Below, piece after piece: positions 9,183-18,490 of a DNA stretch of 64,000 bases. The stretch is taken from contig CAZZCH010000001.1 of NCBI GenBank assembly GCA_964652895.1, positions 4,814 to 68,813 of the forward strand, read 5' to 3'. Under the pieces are notes generated by a model, which was not told the DNA's origin, searched no databases, and saw only the letters and a list, made by a program, of their open reading frames with translations. A program made the translations under genes and the position numbers. Every line of letters begins with the position of its first letter. Within the stretch, counting starts at the first letter, position 1. The stretch comes from an uncultured Eubacteriales bacterium (lineage in GTDB: Bacteria > Acidobacteriota > Aminicenantia > Aminicenantales > Saccharicenantaceae).

Positions 9183-9605
9183 GGAACTCCTCACTAACCT
9201 CTTGAAGCTCTACGGACTTACGTCCGTGGAATCCCGCGGAGGGGATTGAAGATGGATATGATACATGAAAGCCGCGGCCTCGACAACGTGGGCCTCGGGG
9301 AGAACCGGCACGAACTCCAACGATTATCGCTCGTGTCGTTCCTTTCGTCAGCCGCTATACGCCGCCCGTATTGGCTGTGATGGGGACCACCCATATCCCC
9401 CGGCCCCCGGGAACCAGTCCCGGCGGTTCCCCCATCCTGCTTCGAGAGAAGCGGGATAGGCCCCCTACGCGTTGTGGATTGGCAATGGCTATCTCTCAGC
9501 CCGGCCCTGAGGCGGCCGCGGCTTTCCTGCGAGGATGGTTTCTTTGTGGTCAGGGAAATCCTATAATAGAAGGAGAGCTATATTCCTTTAGGGAGAGAGC
9601 TGCAT

Positions 9606-9809
9606 ATGAGCGAGTGTCAGAGCGCGAAAAACAAGGCCCGGTGCAACTGCAGTTGGGAGCCTTGCGACCGCAAGGGGCTCTGTTGCGATTGTCTGGCTTA
9701 TCACTGGAGCCTTCGGGAGCTCCCGGCCTGCCTGTTCCCAGATGCCGAGGAGAAAACCTACGACAGGTCCCTCCGGAAGTTCATCGAGATCTACAAAGGG
9801 AAGGCCTGA
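9606..9809 (+). CDS. small cysteine-rich protein (8 Cys in 67 aa), unknown function
   Basis: MSECQSAKNKARCNCSWEPCDRKGLCCDCLAYHW... A strong GGGAGAG SD sits 8 nt upstream. Its TGA overlaps the ATG of the next gene (cTGATGg), which suggests translational coupling. Confidence 0.5.
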   Translation: MSECQSAKNKARCNCSWEPCDRKGLCCDCLAYHWSLRELPACLFPDAEEKTYDRSLRKFIEIYKGKA

Positions 9810-10753
9810 TGGGCGAGCGCCGCCATATCTACGGCCCCGTGCCCTCGAGGCGCCTGGGCTTCTCCCTGGGGGTGGACATCATCCCCTTCAAGACCTGCAC
9901 CCTGGACTGCATATATTGCCAGCTCGGATCGACGCCGAAAACCGTCAGCCGGAGGGGGAGCTGGTTTCCCCCCGGGGAGATCCTGGCCCAGATCAAGGAG
10001 GCCGTGGAATCGGGGCAGCAGATCGATGTCATCACCTTCTCCGGCTCGGGCGAACCGACCCTCAATCGGGACATCGGCCGCATCATCCGGGCCATTAAAA
10101 AGATGACCCGGATCCCCGTCGCCGTCCTGACCAACGGGACCCTGCTCACCCGGAAAGAGGTGCGGCGGGACCTGGCCGCCGCGGACATCGTCGTGCCCTC
10201 GCTCGACGCCGCTCACGGTAACTTGTTCCGCCGCGTCAACCGGCCCAACAGGGCTCTCGATTCCAAAAGGATCATTGACGGCCTGGTCCGCTTCCGGAAA
10301 GAATTCCGGGGCGAGATTTGGCTCGAAGTCATGCTCATCAAGGGCGTCAACGATTCCCCGGCCCACATCGAAGCCCTCCGGAGGGCCGCGAACAGGATCC
10401 GCCCCGACCGCATTCAGCTGAACACGGTCGTCCGACCGCCGGCCGACGTCAAGGCGAAGCCGTTGAGCCCCAGAGCGATGCGCAAGATCCGCGATGCCCT
10501 CGGCCCCAGGGCTGAGATCATCGCCTCGTTCGAAAGGCGGGGACAAGCGCCGGCGGCCGGCGACTTCGAAGCGGCCCTCCTGACCGCTGTTGGGCGCAGG
10601 CCCATGACAGTCGAGGATATTTCTCTCTCCCTGGGCCGCCACCGCGACGAGGTCCTCAAAGCCCTGTCCTCACTCCTCGGCCGGCGGGAAGTCCGGAAGA
10701 CCGTCCATGGAGACAAAACGTACTTCGCTCGGGCACGCAGCCGGCTTTACTAG
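9808..10753 (+). CDS. radical SAM enzyme (MoaA/NifB-like core, no SPASM/twitch domain) with a C-terminal winged-helix-like domain
   Basis: MGERRHIYGPVPSRRLGFSLGVDIIPFKTCTLDCIYCQLG has a CxxxCxxC motif 30 aa from the start. A GSGEPTL glycine-rich SAM motif follows. The C-terminal ~70 aa is Cys-free and wHTH-like. The track's 460-aa ORF is an N-terminal extension in the same frame. Confidence 0.75.
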
Positions 10754-10798
10754 GCCCATTCGGCTGTGATAGCATGGATTTTCTTTAAGGAGTCATCC

Positions 10799-11764
10799 AT
10801 GTTTCTTAACACTCATTTTCCCAAGGCCAAGAAATACTGGTATATGGGAAAATTCTACGACTGGTCCGAGGCGGGCTGCCACCCCATGATGCACGCCCTC
10901 CACTACGGGACATCGACCTTCGAGGGGATCCGGGCCTACGGCACGGCCAAAGGACCCGCGATCTTCCGCTTGCCGGAGCACGTCGACCGGTTCATCCTGT
11001 CGGCGGGCGTGCTCAAGATGAAGCCCCCCTACAGCAAGGACGAGATCACCGATCTTATCAAGCTGACCGTCCGGGAGAATAAGCTCGAAAGCTGTTACAT
11101 CCGGCCCCTGCTCTTCTTTTCCTATGGCAACCTCGGGCTCGTGCCCAAGGCCTGTCCGGTGGAACTGGTCATCAGCGCCTGGGAGTGGGGGGCCTACCTC
11201 GGCGAGAAAGCGGGCGCCGGCATCCACGCCTACATCGTTCCCTGGCGTCGTGTCCACCACACCCAGTTCAATATGTCCGCCAAACTCGGCGGCGTCTACG
11301 TCCAGTCGACGATCTGCGGCCTCGAGGCCCGCGAAGAGGGTTTCGACGAGGCCGTCTTCCTGAACTTCGAGGGCCGCGTCGCCGAAGGGCCCGGACAGAA
11401 CATCACCATCGTCAAGAACGGGACGCTCGTGACGAATGACCGGAAGGAATCCGTCCTCGAAGGGATCACCCGGACGAGCCTCCTCGAGATCGCCCGCGAC
11501 CTCGGATTCAAGACGCTCGTCGGGCCCATCCGCAAGGAGGATTTCTTCGGGGCCGACGAGGCTTTTTTCTGCGGGACGGCGGTCGAGGTCATCCCCATCA
11601 TCTCCGTCACCGACGGGTCCGATCCGGCCGGTCCGAGAACAAAGCACACCATCGGAAAGGGCGTGCCCGGGCCGATCGCGCTGAAGATGATAGAGGCCTT
11701 CAAGGAGGCCGTGACCGGCCGCTCCCCCCGCTATGAGAAATGGCTGACGCGCGTCAACGGCTGA
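10799..11764 (+). CDS. ilvE: branched-chain amino acid aminotransferase (fold type IV)
   Basis: GTSTFEGIRAY...EAVFLNFEGRVAEGPGQNI is a class IV aminotransferase signature. AAGGAG SD 7 nt before the ATG at 10799. Confidence 0.85.
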   Translation: MFLNTHFPKAKKYWYMGKFYDWSEAGCHPMMHALHYGTSTFEGIRAYGTAKGPAIFRLPEHVDRFILSAGVLKMKPPYSKDEITDLIKLTVRENKLESCYIRPLLFFSYGNLGLVPKACPVELVISAWEWGAYLGEKAGAGIHAYIVPWRRVHHTQFNMSAKLGGVYVQSTICGLEAREEGFDEAVFLNFEGRVAEGPGQNITIVKNGTLVTNDRKESVLEGITRTSLLEIARDLGFKTLVGPIRKEDFFGADEAFFCGTAVEVIPIISVTDGSDPAGPRTKHTIGKGVPGPIALKMIEAFKEAVTGRSPRYEKWLTRVNG

Positions 11765-12228
11765 CGGGCGCCGTCCGGCTTCGGCCGGTGGGAGTCGTCA
11801 GGTCGCGTTTCAAGGAGCCGGCCGACCTGCCGCCCCCGACCTTCGCCCCGCCCCGCTTTCTCGAACGCGTCACCGGCCAGATCGAGATCTTCCCCGAATT
11901 CGCCGACGGCCTCGATGACCTCGAGGATTTTTCGCATCTCATCGTCCTGTTCTATTTCCATCGATCCACGGGGTTCAAGCTCAAGACCGTCCCGCCGGGC
12001 CAGTCCAGGCCGCGGGGGATCTTCTCGACCCGGTCGCCGCATCGGCCGAATCCGCTGGGCATGACCGTCGTCAAGCTGCTCGGAAGAGACGCCCGGATCC
12101 TCGAGGTTTCCGGGCTCGACCTCGTCGATGGTACGCCGGTCCTCGACCTCAAACCCTACACGACCCGGGACCGGAAATCGCGGATCCGGACGGGCTGGCT
12201 CCTAAAAAGGGGCCACCCCTCGCGATAG
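11740..12228 (+). CDS. tsaA: tRNA (adenine37-N6)-methyltransferase TsaA/TrmO family
   Basis: RPNPLGMTVVKLL...VLDLKPY is the conserved YaeB/TsaA core. The start is uncertain: the ATG at 11740 overlaps ilvE by 25 nt, and an alternative GTG lies at 11788. Confidence 0.7.
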   Translation: MADARQRLTGAVRLRPVGVVRSRFKEPADLPPPTFAPPRFLERVTGQIEIFPEFADGLDDLEDFSHLIVLFYFHRSTGFKLKTVPPGQSRPRGIFSTRSPHRPNPLGMTVVKLLGRDARILEVSGLDLVDGTPVLDLKPYTTRDRKSRIRTGWLLKRGHPSR

Positions 12229-12258
12229 CCCGCCCCTAAACCGCAATGGGCCGGGATT

Positions 12259-13671
12259 TCAGGTCCTCAGGACGTCCCCGGCCGCGGCGGAGATGATATC
12301 CCAGGCGCCCCGGACGTGGCGTTCCTCGGTCGTCCTCTGGCCCACGACCAGCCGGATGGTGTATTTTCCCCGGAGCGTCGTGTGGGTCAGGAAGACGCGT
12401 CCCGAAGCGTTAACCCGCTCGAGCAGCCTGCGATTGAGCGCGTCGAGCCCGCTTTCTTCCCGGCCGTCGTCGAGACGGAAGCAGACGAGGCCCAAGTCGA
12501 CGGGGGCCAGGAGCGCGAAGCGCCTGTCCGCCTCAACCCAGTCCTTGAAGAGCGTCGCCAGGCGGAGGTGCTCGCGGACCATAGTCTGGAGCCCTTCGAC
12601 GCCGTAGGAGCGGATGACGAACCAGAGCTTGAGGGCCCGGAAGCGCCGGCCCAGCTGAATGCCCCAGTCGCGGTAATTTTTAACCTTGGCATCGACGCCG
12701 GTCTTAAGGTACTCGGGATGGATCTCGAAGGTCCGGACGAGCGTCGCCGGGTCCTTTACGAAATAGGCCGAGCAGTCGAAGTTTGTCGCCATCCATTTGT
12801 GAGGATTGAAGACGAACGAATCGGCCATCTCGACGCCGTCGAGGATCCAGCGCTTTTCGGGGAGCAGGGCGGCCGTCCCGGCCCAGGCCGCATCGACGTG
12901 GAACCAGGCGCCGTGCCTGCGGCAGATCTCTCCGACCGCCTTCAAGGGGTCGATGGCCCCGGATGACGTCGTGCCGACCGTGGCCACGACGCAAGCCGGC
13001 ACGAACCCGGCGGCCCGATCCCTGGTCATGGCTTCCTCCAGTTTTTCGGGGATAACGGCGAAGCGCCCGTCCGTCGGGACGCGGCGCAGGTTCTCCTTCC
13101 CAAAGCCGGCGATCCTGACGCCTTTATCGACACTCGAATGGGCCTCCTCGGAAGCATAAACGGTCAGGGGAGCCCGAAAGCCGGTCTCGTTCGATCGGAA
13201 CCCGGTCGACCTTTCCCTCGCCGAAAGCAAGGCGCAGAGGGTGGCCGTCGAGGCTGTGTCCTGGATGACGCCGGAAAAGCCCTCGGGGAGCCCGGTCATC
13301 TGCCTCAGCCAATCGAGAACGACTTCCTCCAGCTCGGCCGCCGCCGGCGAGGTCTGCCAGATCATACACTGGGCGCCGAGGCCTGCGGTGAGGAATTCCC
13401 CCAGGACCGAGGCCGGGCTGTTATTGGCCGGGAAGTAGGCGAACCAGCCGGGGTGCTGCCAGTGGGTGACCCCGGGCAGGATGACCCTCTCGAAATCCCG
13501 AAAGATCCCCTCCATGGCCTCACCCTTCGCGGGCGGGGCGGCGGGAATATTTTTCTTGATCTCGCCCGGCTCGACAGGGGAAAGTATGGGGAATTTTTCG
13601 ACATTCCCGAAATAGTCGGCAATCCAGTCCACAAATTGGTGTCCGACAACCCGAAAATCCTCGTTTTTCAT
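12259..13671 (-). CDS. pyridoxal-dependent aromatic L-amino acid / tyrosine decarboxylase (group II)
   Basis: FVFNPHKW (PLP-lysine motif) and overall group II decarboxylase architecture. The ATG at 13671 is preceded by a GGAGAAAGG SD. The track ORF is extended by 26 codons. Confidence 0.8.
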   Translation of the reverse strand: MKNEDFRVVGHQFVDWIADYFGNVEKFPILSPVEPGEIKKNIPAAPPAKGEAMEGIFRDFERVILPGVTHWQHPGWFAYFPANNSPASVLGEFLTAGLGAQCMIWQTSPAAAELEEVVLDWLRQMTGLPEGFSGVIQDTASTATLCALLSARERSTGFRSNETGFRAPLTVYASEEAHSSVDKGVRIAGFGKENLRRVPTDGRFAVIPEKLEEAMTRDRAAGFVPACVVATVGTTSSGAIDPLKAVGEICRRHGAWFHVDAAWAGTAALLPEKRWILDGVEMADSFVFNPHKWMATNFDCSAYFVKDPATLVRTFEIHPEYLKTGVDAKVKNYRDWGIQLGRRFRALKLWFVIRSYGVEGLQTMVREHLRLATLFKDWVEADRRFALLAPVDLGLVCFRLDDGREESGLDALNRRLLERVNASGRVFLTHTTLRGKYTIRLVVGQRTTEERHVRGAWDIISAAAGDVLRT

Positions 13672-13866
13672 CCCTTTCTCCTCGAAAACTGGCCTTGTTA
13701 TCCTTTTTAAGGGCATCCCCACTATATATTTTTTCAGGGGAAATCTCAAAATGATGGCCCTTGCCTGATCACTTTTGTAAAAACCGCGATCTAGGGCTGT
13801 TTTTTATGTAAAAATCTGTCGCGGATCCGTCCATTCCAGTATTTTCAAAAAGATCGAAAAAAAGCA

Positions 13867-13895
13867 TTGCTTTCCTTGCGTCCCTGTGGTATAAT
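13867..13895 (+). promoter_or_regulatory. sigma-70-like promoter with an extended -10 (TTGCTT, 17 bp spacer, TGgTATAAT)
   Basis: Near-consensus extended -10 inside a strongly AT-rich intergenic island. The nearest + strand gene is 480 bp downstream. A 13-bp perfect hairpin lies 175 bp downstream. Confidence 0.4.
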
Positions 13896-14069
13896 TGAAA
13901 ATGGTCATCAGGGGGAATTAGAAAAACTTCAAAAAATAGTTGTCTGTTTTATTTCGCCCGCCCCGCCCCAAACGCAACCCTTTCGCTGTGCCGATCGTAT
14001 GACATTATGGAAGACAGCGATGGACAACCAAGACCTCCTTTTGGCCGCCCATAGATCCATTCCCCTGAC

Positions 14070-14108
14070 GAGGCTGCCCTGATCTTTATCCCGGGTCAGG
14101 GCAGCCTC
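14070..14108 (+). terminator. perfect 13-bp inverted repeat (GAGGCTGCCCTGA / TCAGGGCAGCCTC, 13-nt loop) followed by a T-rich tract
   Basis: Seen directly in the sequence. It could end a short transcript from the promoter at 13867, or act as an operator just upstream of the riboswitch promoter. Confidence 0.35.
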
Positions 14109-14125
14109 CCTCCTGTTGTTTGAAC

Positions 14126-14154
14126 TTGACCTCTCCTTTCTTTTAGATTAATAT
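14126..14154 (+). promoter_or_regulatory. sigma-70-like promoter (TTGACC, 17 bp spacer, TAATAT) driving the riboswitch-btuB transcript
   Basis: Good -35, 17-bp spacing and an AT-rich -10 located about 10 nt before the riboswitch starts. Confidence 0.45.
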
Positions 14155-14164
14155 TCCCGGCGGC

Positions 14165-14340
14165 TTATTCGAAGGGAAGTCCGTCGGATGCGGACACAGC
14201 CCCCGCTACTGTAACCGGGGACGAATCCCAAGAGACGCCACGGCCGCGAGGCTGGAAGGCTTGGGAGGAGGACGATCCGGGAGTCAGGAGACCTTCCGTA
14301 AGCCAGGGTCGACCGGTCTTCGGGCGGAAGACGGAATACT
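14165..14340 (+). ncRNA. cobalamin (B12) riboswitch
   Basis: Conserved elements of the B12 element: GAAGGGAAG...CCGC.ACUGUAACCGGGG...GCCAC and the B12-box AGUCAGGAGACCUUCC at 14282-14297. It sits immediately upstream of a TonB-dependent receptor gene. Confidence 0.75.
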
Positions 14341-14373
14341 CAAAGCGGCGGGGGCGGCTGCGGAGCTCCTGCC

Positions 14374-16317
14374 ATGGACAGACGAACGCTCGCCCTCGTC
14401 GGCGTGCTCGCACTCATTCCGGCCGGCCTTCGGGCCGACGGCACCCAGGACAAAACCAGCCCGCCCCAGCGGCACGACATCGTCGTCACGGCCACTCGGC
14501 TGGAGACCCCGGAGAAGAAGGTCGGGAGCTCCCTGACGGTCATAACGAGCGAGGAGTTGGCCCGCAGCCACAAGACCTTCGTCCTCGAAGCCCTGGAGGA
14601 TGTCCTGGGCCTATCGACCCTCCGGAACGGGGGGCCAGGCGCGACGTCCTCCGTCTCCATTCGAGGGGCCGGGAGCGAGCACACGCTATTCCTTCTCGAC
14701 GGCCTTGAGCTCAACGACCCGATCAACCCCTCCCGCTCTTACGACCTGGCCCATTTGTCCCTCAGCCATGTCGAGCGCATCGAGATCCTCCGCGGCCCCC
14801 AGGGCCTCCTCTACGGTTCGGACGCGCTCGGCGGCGTCGTCAATATCATCACCCGGGCCGGGCGCGGCAAACCCCGCCTGACCCTTGCCTCGTCGGCGGG
14901 AACGCGCCAAACGCTCACCTCCGACCTCGGGCTCTCGGGTTCGGGCCGGAAGACGGACTACTCGCTCTCCCTGTTCCACGAACGGACCGCGGGCATATCC
15001 GCGGCCTCGTCCGCCTATCCGGGCAACATCGAAAAGGACGGCTATCGCAATCTGTCTCTCGCCGCCCGGTTCGGATATGCTCCCCGGCCGACGGAGAGCC
15101 TGACCTTGACGGTCAAAGCCGTGGAAGCCCGGACCGAGCTCGACAACTTCGGCGGGCCCGGAGGGGACGATCCGAACAACCGACAGGATTACGGGACCCT
15201 TCTCGTCCGCGGGCAATATCGCGGCCTCGCCGCCGGCGGCCGCTGGGAACACGCCCTCTCCGTTTCCTGGCTGGGCGCCGAGCGCGAGAACAGGAACCCG
15301 GTCGACGACGCCCATCCCCAGGACCGGGACGAGGGCCTCTATCGGAGCGACCTCTTCAAACTCGATTGGCAGAACAATTTTTTCCTCCACCCGGCACACA
15401 CGCTCACGGCCGGCCTCGAGCTCGAGCAAGAAAGAGGGCGTTCCGATTACGTTTCGGAAAGCGCTTGGGGGACCGTTGAATCCCGCTTCCCGTCCGTCCG
15501 GGCAGGGTCGGCCGGTGTTTATCTCCTGGACCGCTGGGAACACGGAGAGCGGTTTTTCATCACGGCCGGCGTCCGGGTCGACCGCCACAGCCGGGCCGGG
15601 ACGGCGGCGACGTTCCGCGTCGCTCCGGCGTATCTCATCGCCGCGACGGGGACGAAACTCAAGGCCTCGTTCGGCACCGGCTTCAAATCGCCCTCCCTTT
15701 ATCAACTTTTCGCGCCGGCGACTTCCTGGGGACCTGTGGGCAACCCGGCCCTGCGGCCGGAGAGGGCCTCGGGCTGGGACGCAGGACTCGAGCAGAGCTT
15801 CATGAAGGAGCGGTTCACATTCGGGCTGACCTGGTTCGAAAACGTCTTTCGGGACCTCGTCGACTTCGACTTCGCGGCCGGTTACGTCAACATCGGCCGG
15901 GCCCGGACGCGCGGCTTCGAGGCCTCGGCTAAAACACGGTTTGCCGGCGGGGTCCGTCTGGGGGCCTCCTACACGCGTCTCGTGGCCAGGGACGAAGGCA
16001 CCGGGACGGACCTCCTCCGCCGGCCCCGCGACAAGTTCTCCGTCGATTTCAGCGCGCGCCTGGCCGGCCGCTTCGATCTGACGGTGACGTCCCTCACCAT
16101 CGGACGCCGGCTCGACATGGACTTCAGCGCATATCCCTATCAGACCGTCCGGCTCCCCGGGTATGTCCTTTTCGGCGCCGTCCTATCGACGGCCATCGGG
16201 CCCCGGCTCGAGCTCTTCGCCCGCCTCGACAACATCCTCGGCGCCCGCTACGAACAGGTCTGGGGCTACGGCGCTCCGGGCTTCTCGCTGACAACGGGCG
16301 TCCGGTGCGTCCTCTAG
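14374..16317 (+). CDS. btuB: TonB-dependent outer-membrane receptor, BtuB-like vitamin B12 transporter
   Basis: Signal peptide, then a TonB-box-like DIVVTATR, a plug domain and a long beta-barrel with TonB-dependent-receptor motifs. It is under a B12 riboswitch. Confidence 0.85.
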   Translation: MDRRTLALVGVLALIPAGLRADGTQDKTSPPQRHDIVVTATRLETPEKKVGSSLTVITSEELARSHKTFVLEALEDVLGLSTLRNGGPGATSSVSIRGAGSEHTLFLLDGLELNDPINPSRSYDLAHLSLSHVERIEILRGPQGLLYGSDALGGVVNIITRAGRGKPRLTLASSAGTRQTLTSDLGLSGSGRKTDYSLSLFHERTAGISAASSAYPGNIEKDGYRNLSLAARFGYAPRPTESLTLTVKAVEARTELDNFGGPGGDDPNNRQDYGTLLVRGQYRGLAAGGRWEHALSVSWLGAERENRNPVDDAHPQDRDEGLYRSDLFKLDWQNNFFLHPAHTLTAGLELEQERGRSDYVSESAWGTVESRFPSVRAGSAGVYLLDRWEHGERFFITAGVRVDRHSRAGTAATFRVAPAYLIAATGTKLKASFGTGFKSPSLYQLFAPATSWGPVGNPALRPERASGWDAGLEQSFMKERFTFGLTWFENVFRDLVDFDFAAGYVNIGRARTRGFEASAKTRFAGGVRLGASYTRLVARDEGTGTDLLRRPRDKFSVDFSARLAGRFDLTVTSLTIGRRLDMDFSAYPYQTVRLPGYVLFGAVLSTAIGPRLELFARLDNILGARYEQVWGYGAPGFSLTTGVRCVL

Positions 16318-16350
16318 AAAGAGGATGCCGGCGGCCGAGAACACGGGCGA

Positions 16351-18156
16351 TTATTCCAGGGTCGTGAAGCCGCGGACGGGCGCCGGCCGGAGAACGTGCA
16401 TGTCAAAGACGACGATCTCGTTCTCCCCGCGCTTCAGGAACGGGGCCGGACAGTAGAGCCGCTTCTGGGGCCCGATCTCCCAGTAGCGGCCGAGGTTGTG
16501 TCCGTTGACCCAGACGACCCCTTTCTTCCATCCGCTCATGTCCAGGTAGGTGTCGCCCGTCTCCCGGAGCTCGAACCGGCCGCGGAAGAAGTTGGCCGGC
16601 CGGTCGGCCGGCCTCCCGCCGAATTTCAACAGGCGCAAGTCGTCCTCCCGCATGGGTAGGCCGTGGACGTCCCAGGTCATGAGCGTCATGGAGTTCAGGG
16701 TCACCCGCTCGGTGATGCCCTTGCGATCGATGAGCCGGGGGCCGAAGTTGATCCGGCCCATTCCCTCGACGAGGATGTCGAGCGTCTCGTTGGCCGGCTC
16801 GGCCTTGGGGATGTCGACGGCCGTCTCTTTTTTTGTCCGGTCGATCGTCGCCAGGAATTTCCCGTCCACGTAAACGCTGGCGTAGTCGTGGACGTCCGTG
16901 ACCGTCAGCTTGCCGCCCCGATGGCCGAGGAGCTTCGTCCGGTAGAGGATGAAGCCGTGGTCCTGCCCGTAGGACTCCATCGGCCCGGGCTGAGGGCTGG
17001 GAACCGGAGGCGGGAGGTTGTCGAAAAGCGAAGCGCTTTCGTCGAGCGTGATCGCCGGGATCTCGATCGTCGGGATCGGCCGGGGAAGGTCGGGCAGCCG
17101 GGTCCCCTTCGGCAGGGTGCCCAGGAGAAGGTCGCGGATCGCGAAATACTTGGCCGTCGGCTGCCCCATTTCGTTCAGGGGAGCGTCGTAGTCGTAGCTC
17201 GTCACGTCGGGCTCGTACTTGTCGCTGAAGTTGGCGCCGGCCCAGAAGCCGAAGTTCGTCCCGCCGTGGAACATATAGAGGCTGAAGGATTTCCCGTGGT
17301 CGAGGAGCCAGCGCAGGTCGGCCAGGACGTCCTCGGCCTTGACCCGGGCCCAGGCCTCTCCCCAGTGGGTCAGCCAGCCCGGATAGAGCTCGCTGCAGAA
17401 GACGGGCACGCCGCGCTCGAGCCGGGCGGCCACGGCGAAATCCTTTTCGTTCGTCCCGGGGTCGAGGCCGATGGCCGCGCCGGGCAGGCTTCCGGCCTCG
17501 AGCATGTACGGCGTCGCGCCGTCGGCCGTGTACAGGGGGACTTCGATCCCGGCTTTGTTCCAGAACCCCTGGAGGGCGAGCATATAATCCCGGTCATTGC
17601 CGAAGCTCCCATACTCGTTCTCGACCTGGACCATCAGGACCGGCCCGCCGCGCTGCACCTGGAGGTCGCGGACGACGTCGGCGATCTTCAGGATGTACGA
17701 CTCGCAGGCGGCGAGATAGCGCGGGTCGGAACAGCGCACCTTGATGTCCGGCGTCCGCAGGAGCCAGATGGGCAGGCCGCCGAAATCCCACTCGGCGCAG
17801 GCGTAAGGGCCTGGCCGGACGATGACCCAGAGCCCCAGCCGCTCCGCCGTCCGGATGAAAGCCGCCAGGTCGTTCCCGCCGGAGAAATCCCATTGGCCCG
17901 GCTCCGGCTCCAGGGCGTTCCAGAAGATGTACGTCGCGACTGTATTGAGGCCCGCGGCCTTTATCTTGAGAAGCCTGTCGGCCCAGTATTCCCGCGGAAT
18001 GCGCTGGTAGTGGATCTCGCCGGCCATGATCCGGAAGGGTTTGCCGTTGAGGAGGAAATCCTCCTTTCCCAGCCGGAAATCACGGCGCTGGCCGAAGAGG
18101 CCGGGACAGAGCGATAGGGCGAGGAGACCGAGGAGGACTTTCTTGGCGATTCTCAT
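16351..18156 (-). CDS. secreted beta-galactosidase, glycoside hydrolase family 35
   Basis: Signal peptide. GH35 signatures GPYACAEWDFGGLP and VQVENEYGSFG (catalytic Glu). GGGAGAA SD. Confidence 0.85.
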   Translation of the reverse strand: MRIAKKVLLGLLALSLCPGLFGQRRDFRLGKEDFLLNGKPFRIMAGEIHYQRIPREYWADRLLKIKAAGLNTVATYIFWNALEPEPGQWDFSGGNDLAAFIRTAERLGLWVIVRPGPYACAEWDFGGLPIWLLRTPDIKVRCSDPRYLAACESYILKIADVVRDLQVQRGGPVLMVQVENEYGSFGNDRDYMLALQGFWNKAGIEVPLYTADGATPYMLEAGSLPGAAIGLDPGTNEKDFAVAARLERGVPVFCSELYPGWLTHWGEAWARVKAEDVLADLRWLLDHGKSFSLYMFHGGTNFGFWAGANFSDKYEPDVTSYDYDAPLNEMGQPTAKYFAIRDLLLGTLPKGTRLPDLPRPIPTIEIPAITLDESASLFDNLPPPVPSPQPGPMESYGQDHGFILYRTKLLGHRGGKLTVTDVHDYASVYVDGKFLATIDRTKKETAVDIPKAEPANETLDILVEGMGRINFGPRLIDRKGITERVTLNSMTLMTWDVHGLPMREDDLRLLKFGGRPADRPANFFRGRFELRETGDTYLDMSGWKKGVVWVNGHNLGRYWEIGPQKRLYCPAPFLKRGENEIVVFDMHVLRPAPVRGFTTLE

Positions 18157-18369
18157 GGAGTTCTCCCGTTTCAGACGCTTTCGAAAATCATGGGGATTTT
18201 ATCACATCTTCGATATTCCCTCGCGCCCCGCTTGGATCTCCACTCGCCTGGCGGGACTCCCCCCGGTTTTATATCCATAGCGGTATGTAACAATATCTTA
18301 CATTCCGGCGTATATATCTACGCGGCCGAGGATCGTTCCCTGTCGAGAAGGCCGTTTTGACGTGGCATG

Positions 18370-18384
18370 TGGCATGAGAATTGC
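18370..18384 (+). promoter_or_regulatory. candidate sigma-54 promoter (TGGCAT-N5-TTGC)
   Basis: A -24 GG / -12 GC pair with correct spacing, about 105 nt upstream of the ATG at 18491. Confidence 0.3.
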
Positions 18385-18490
18385 TGCATTCAAGACCAGA
18401 TTGGCCGATATCAACGAAAAGATGCCCGCCCGGCGGGAAGAGATGAGCCGTTCGGCAGCCCCGCCAACAGGCTTAGAAAAGGAGCTCGGC

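Noticed and set aside
9183-9300. Hairpin (ACGGAC-GUAA-GUCCGU) in the queF leader, considered as a preQ1-I riboswitch.
   Set aside because: It lacks the conserved A-rich 3' tail and loop nucleotides of preQ1-I. It is more likely a simple leader structure.
9371-9807. N-terminal 146-codon extension of the radical-SAM ORF (the track ORF 9371..10753).
   Set aside because: The extension is low-complexity, lacks an SD, and overlaps the well-supported small Cys-rich ORF in another frame. The internal ATG at 9808 gives the conserved radical-SAM N-terminus and is translationally coupled.
13867-14082. 71-aa ORF in the AT-rich island.
   Set aside because: No SD. It starts upstream of the only promoter-like element. 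Its composition is low-complexity. The region is more likely non-coding (see the sRNA/hairpin finding).
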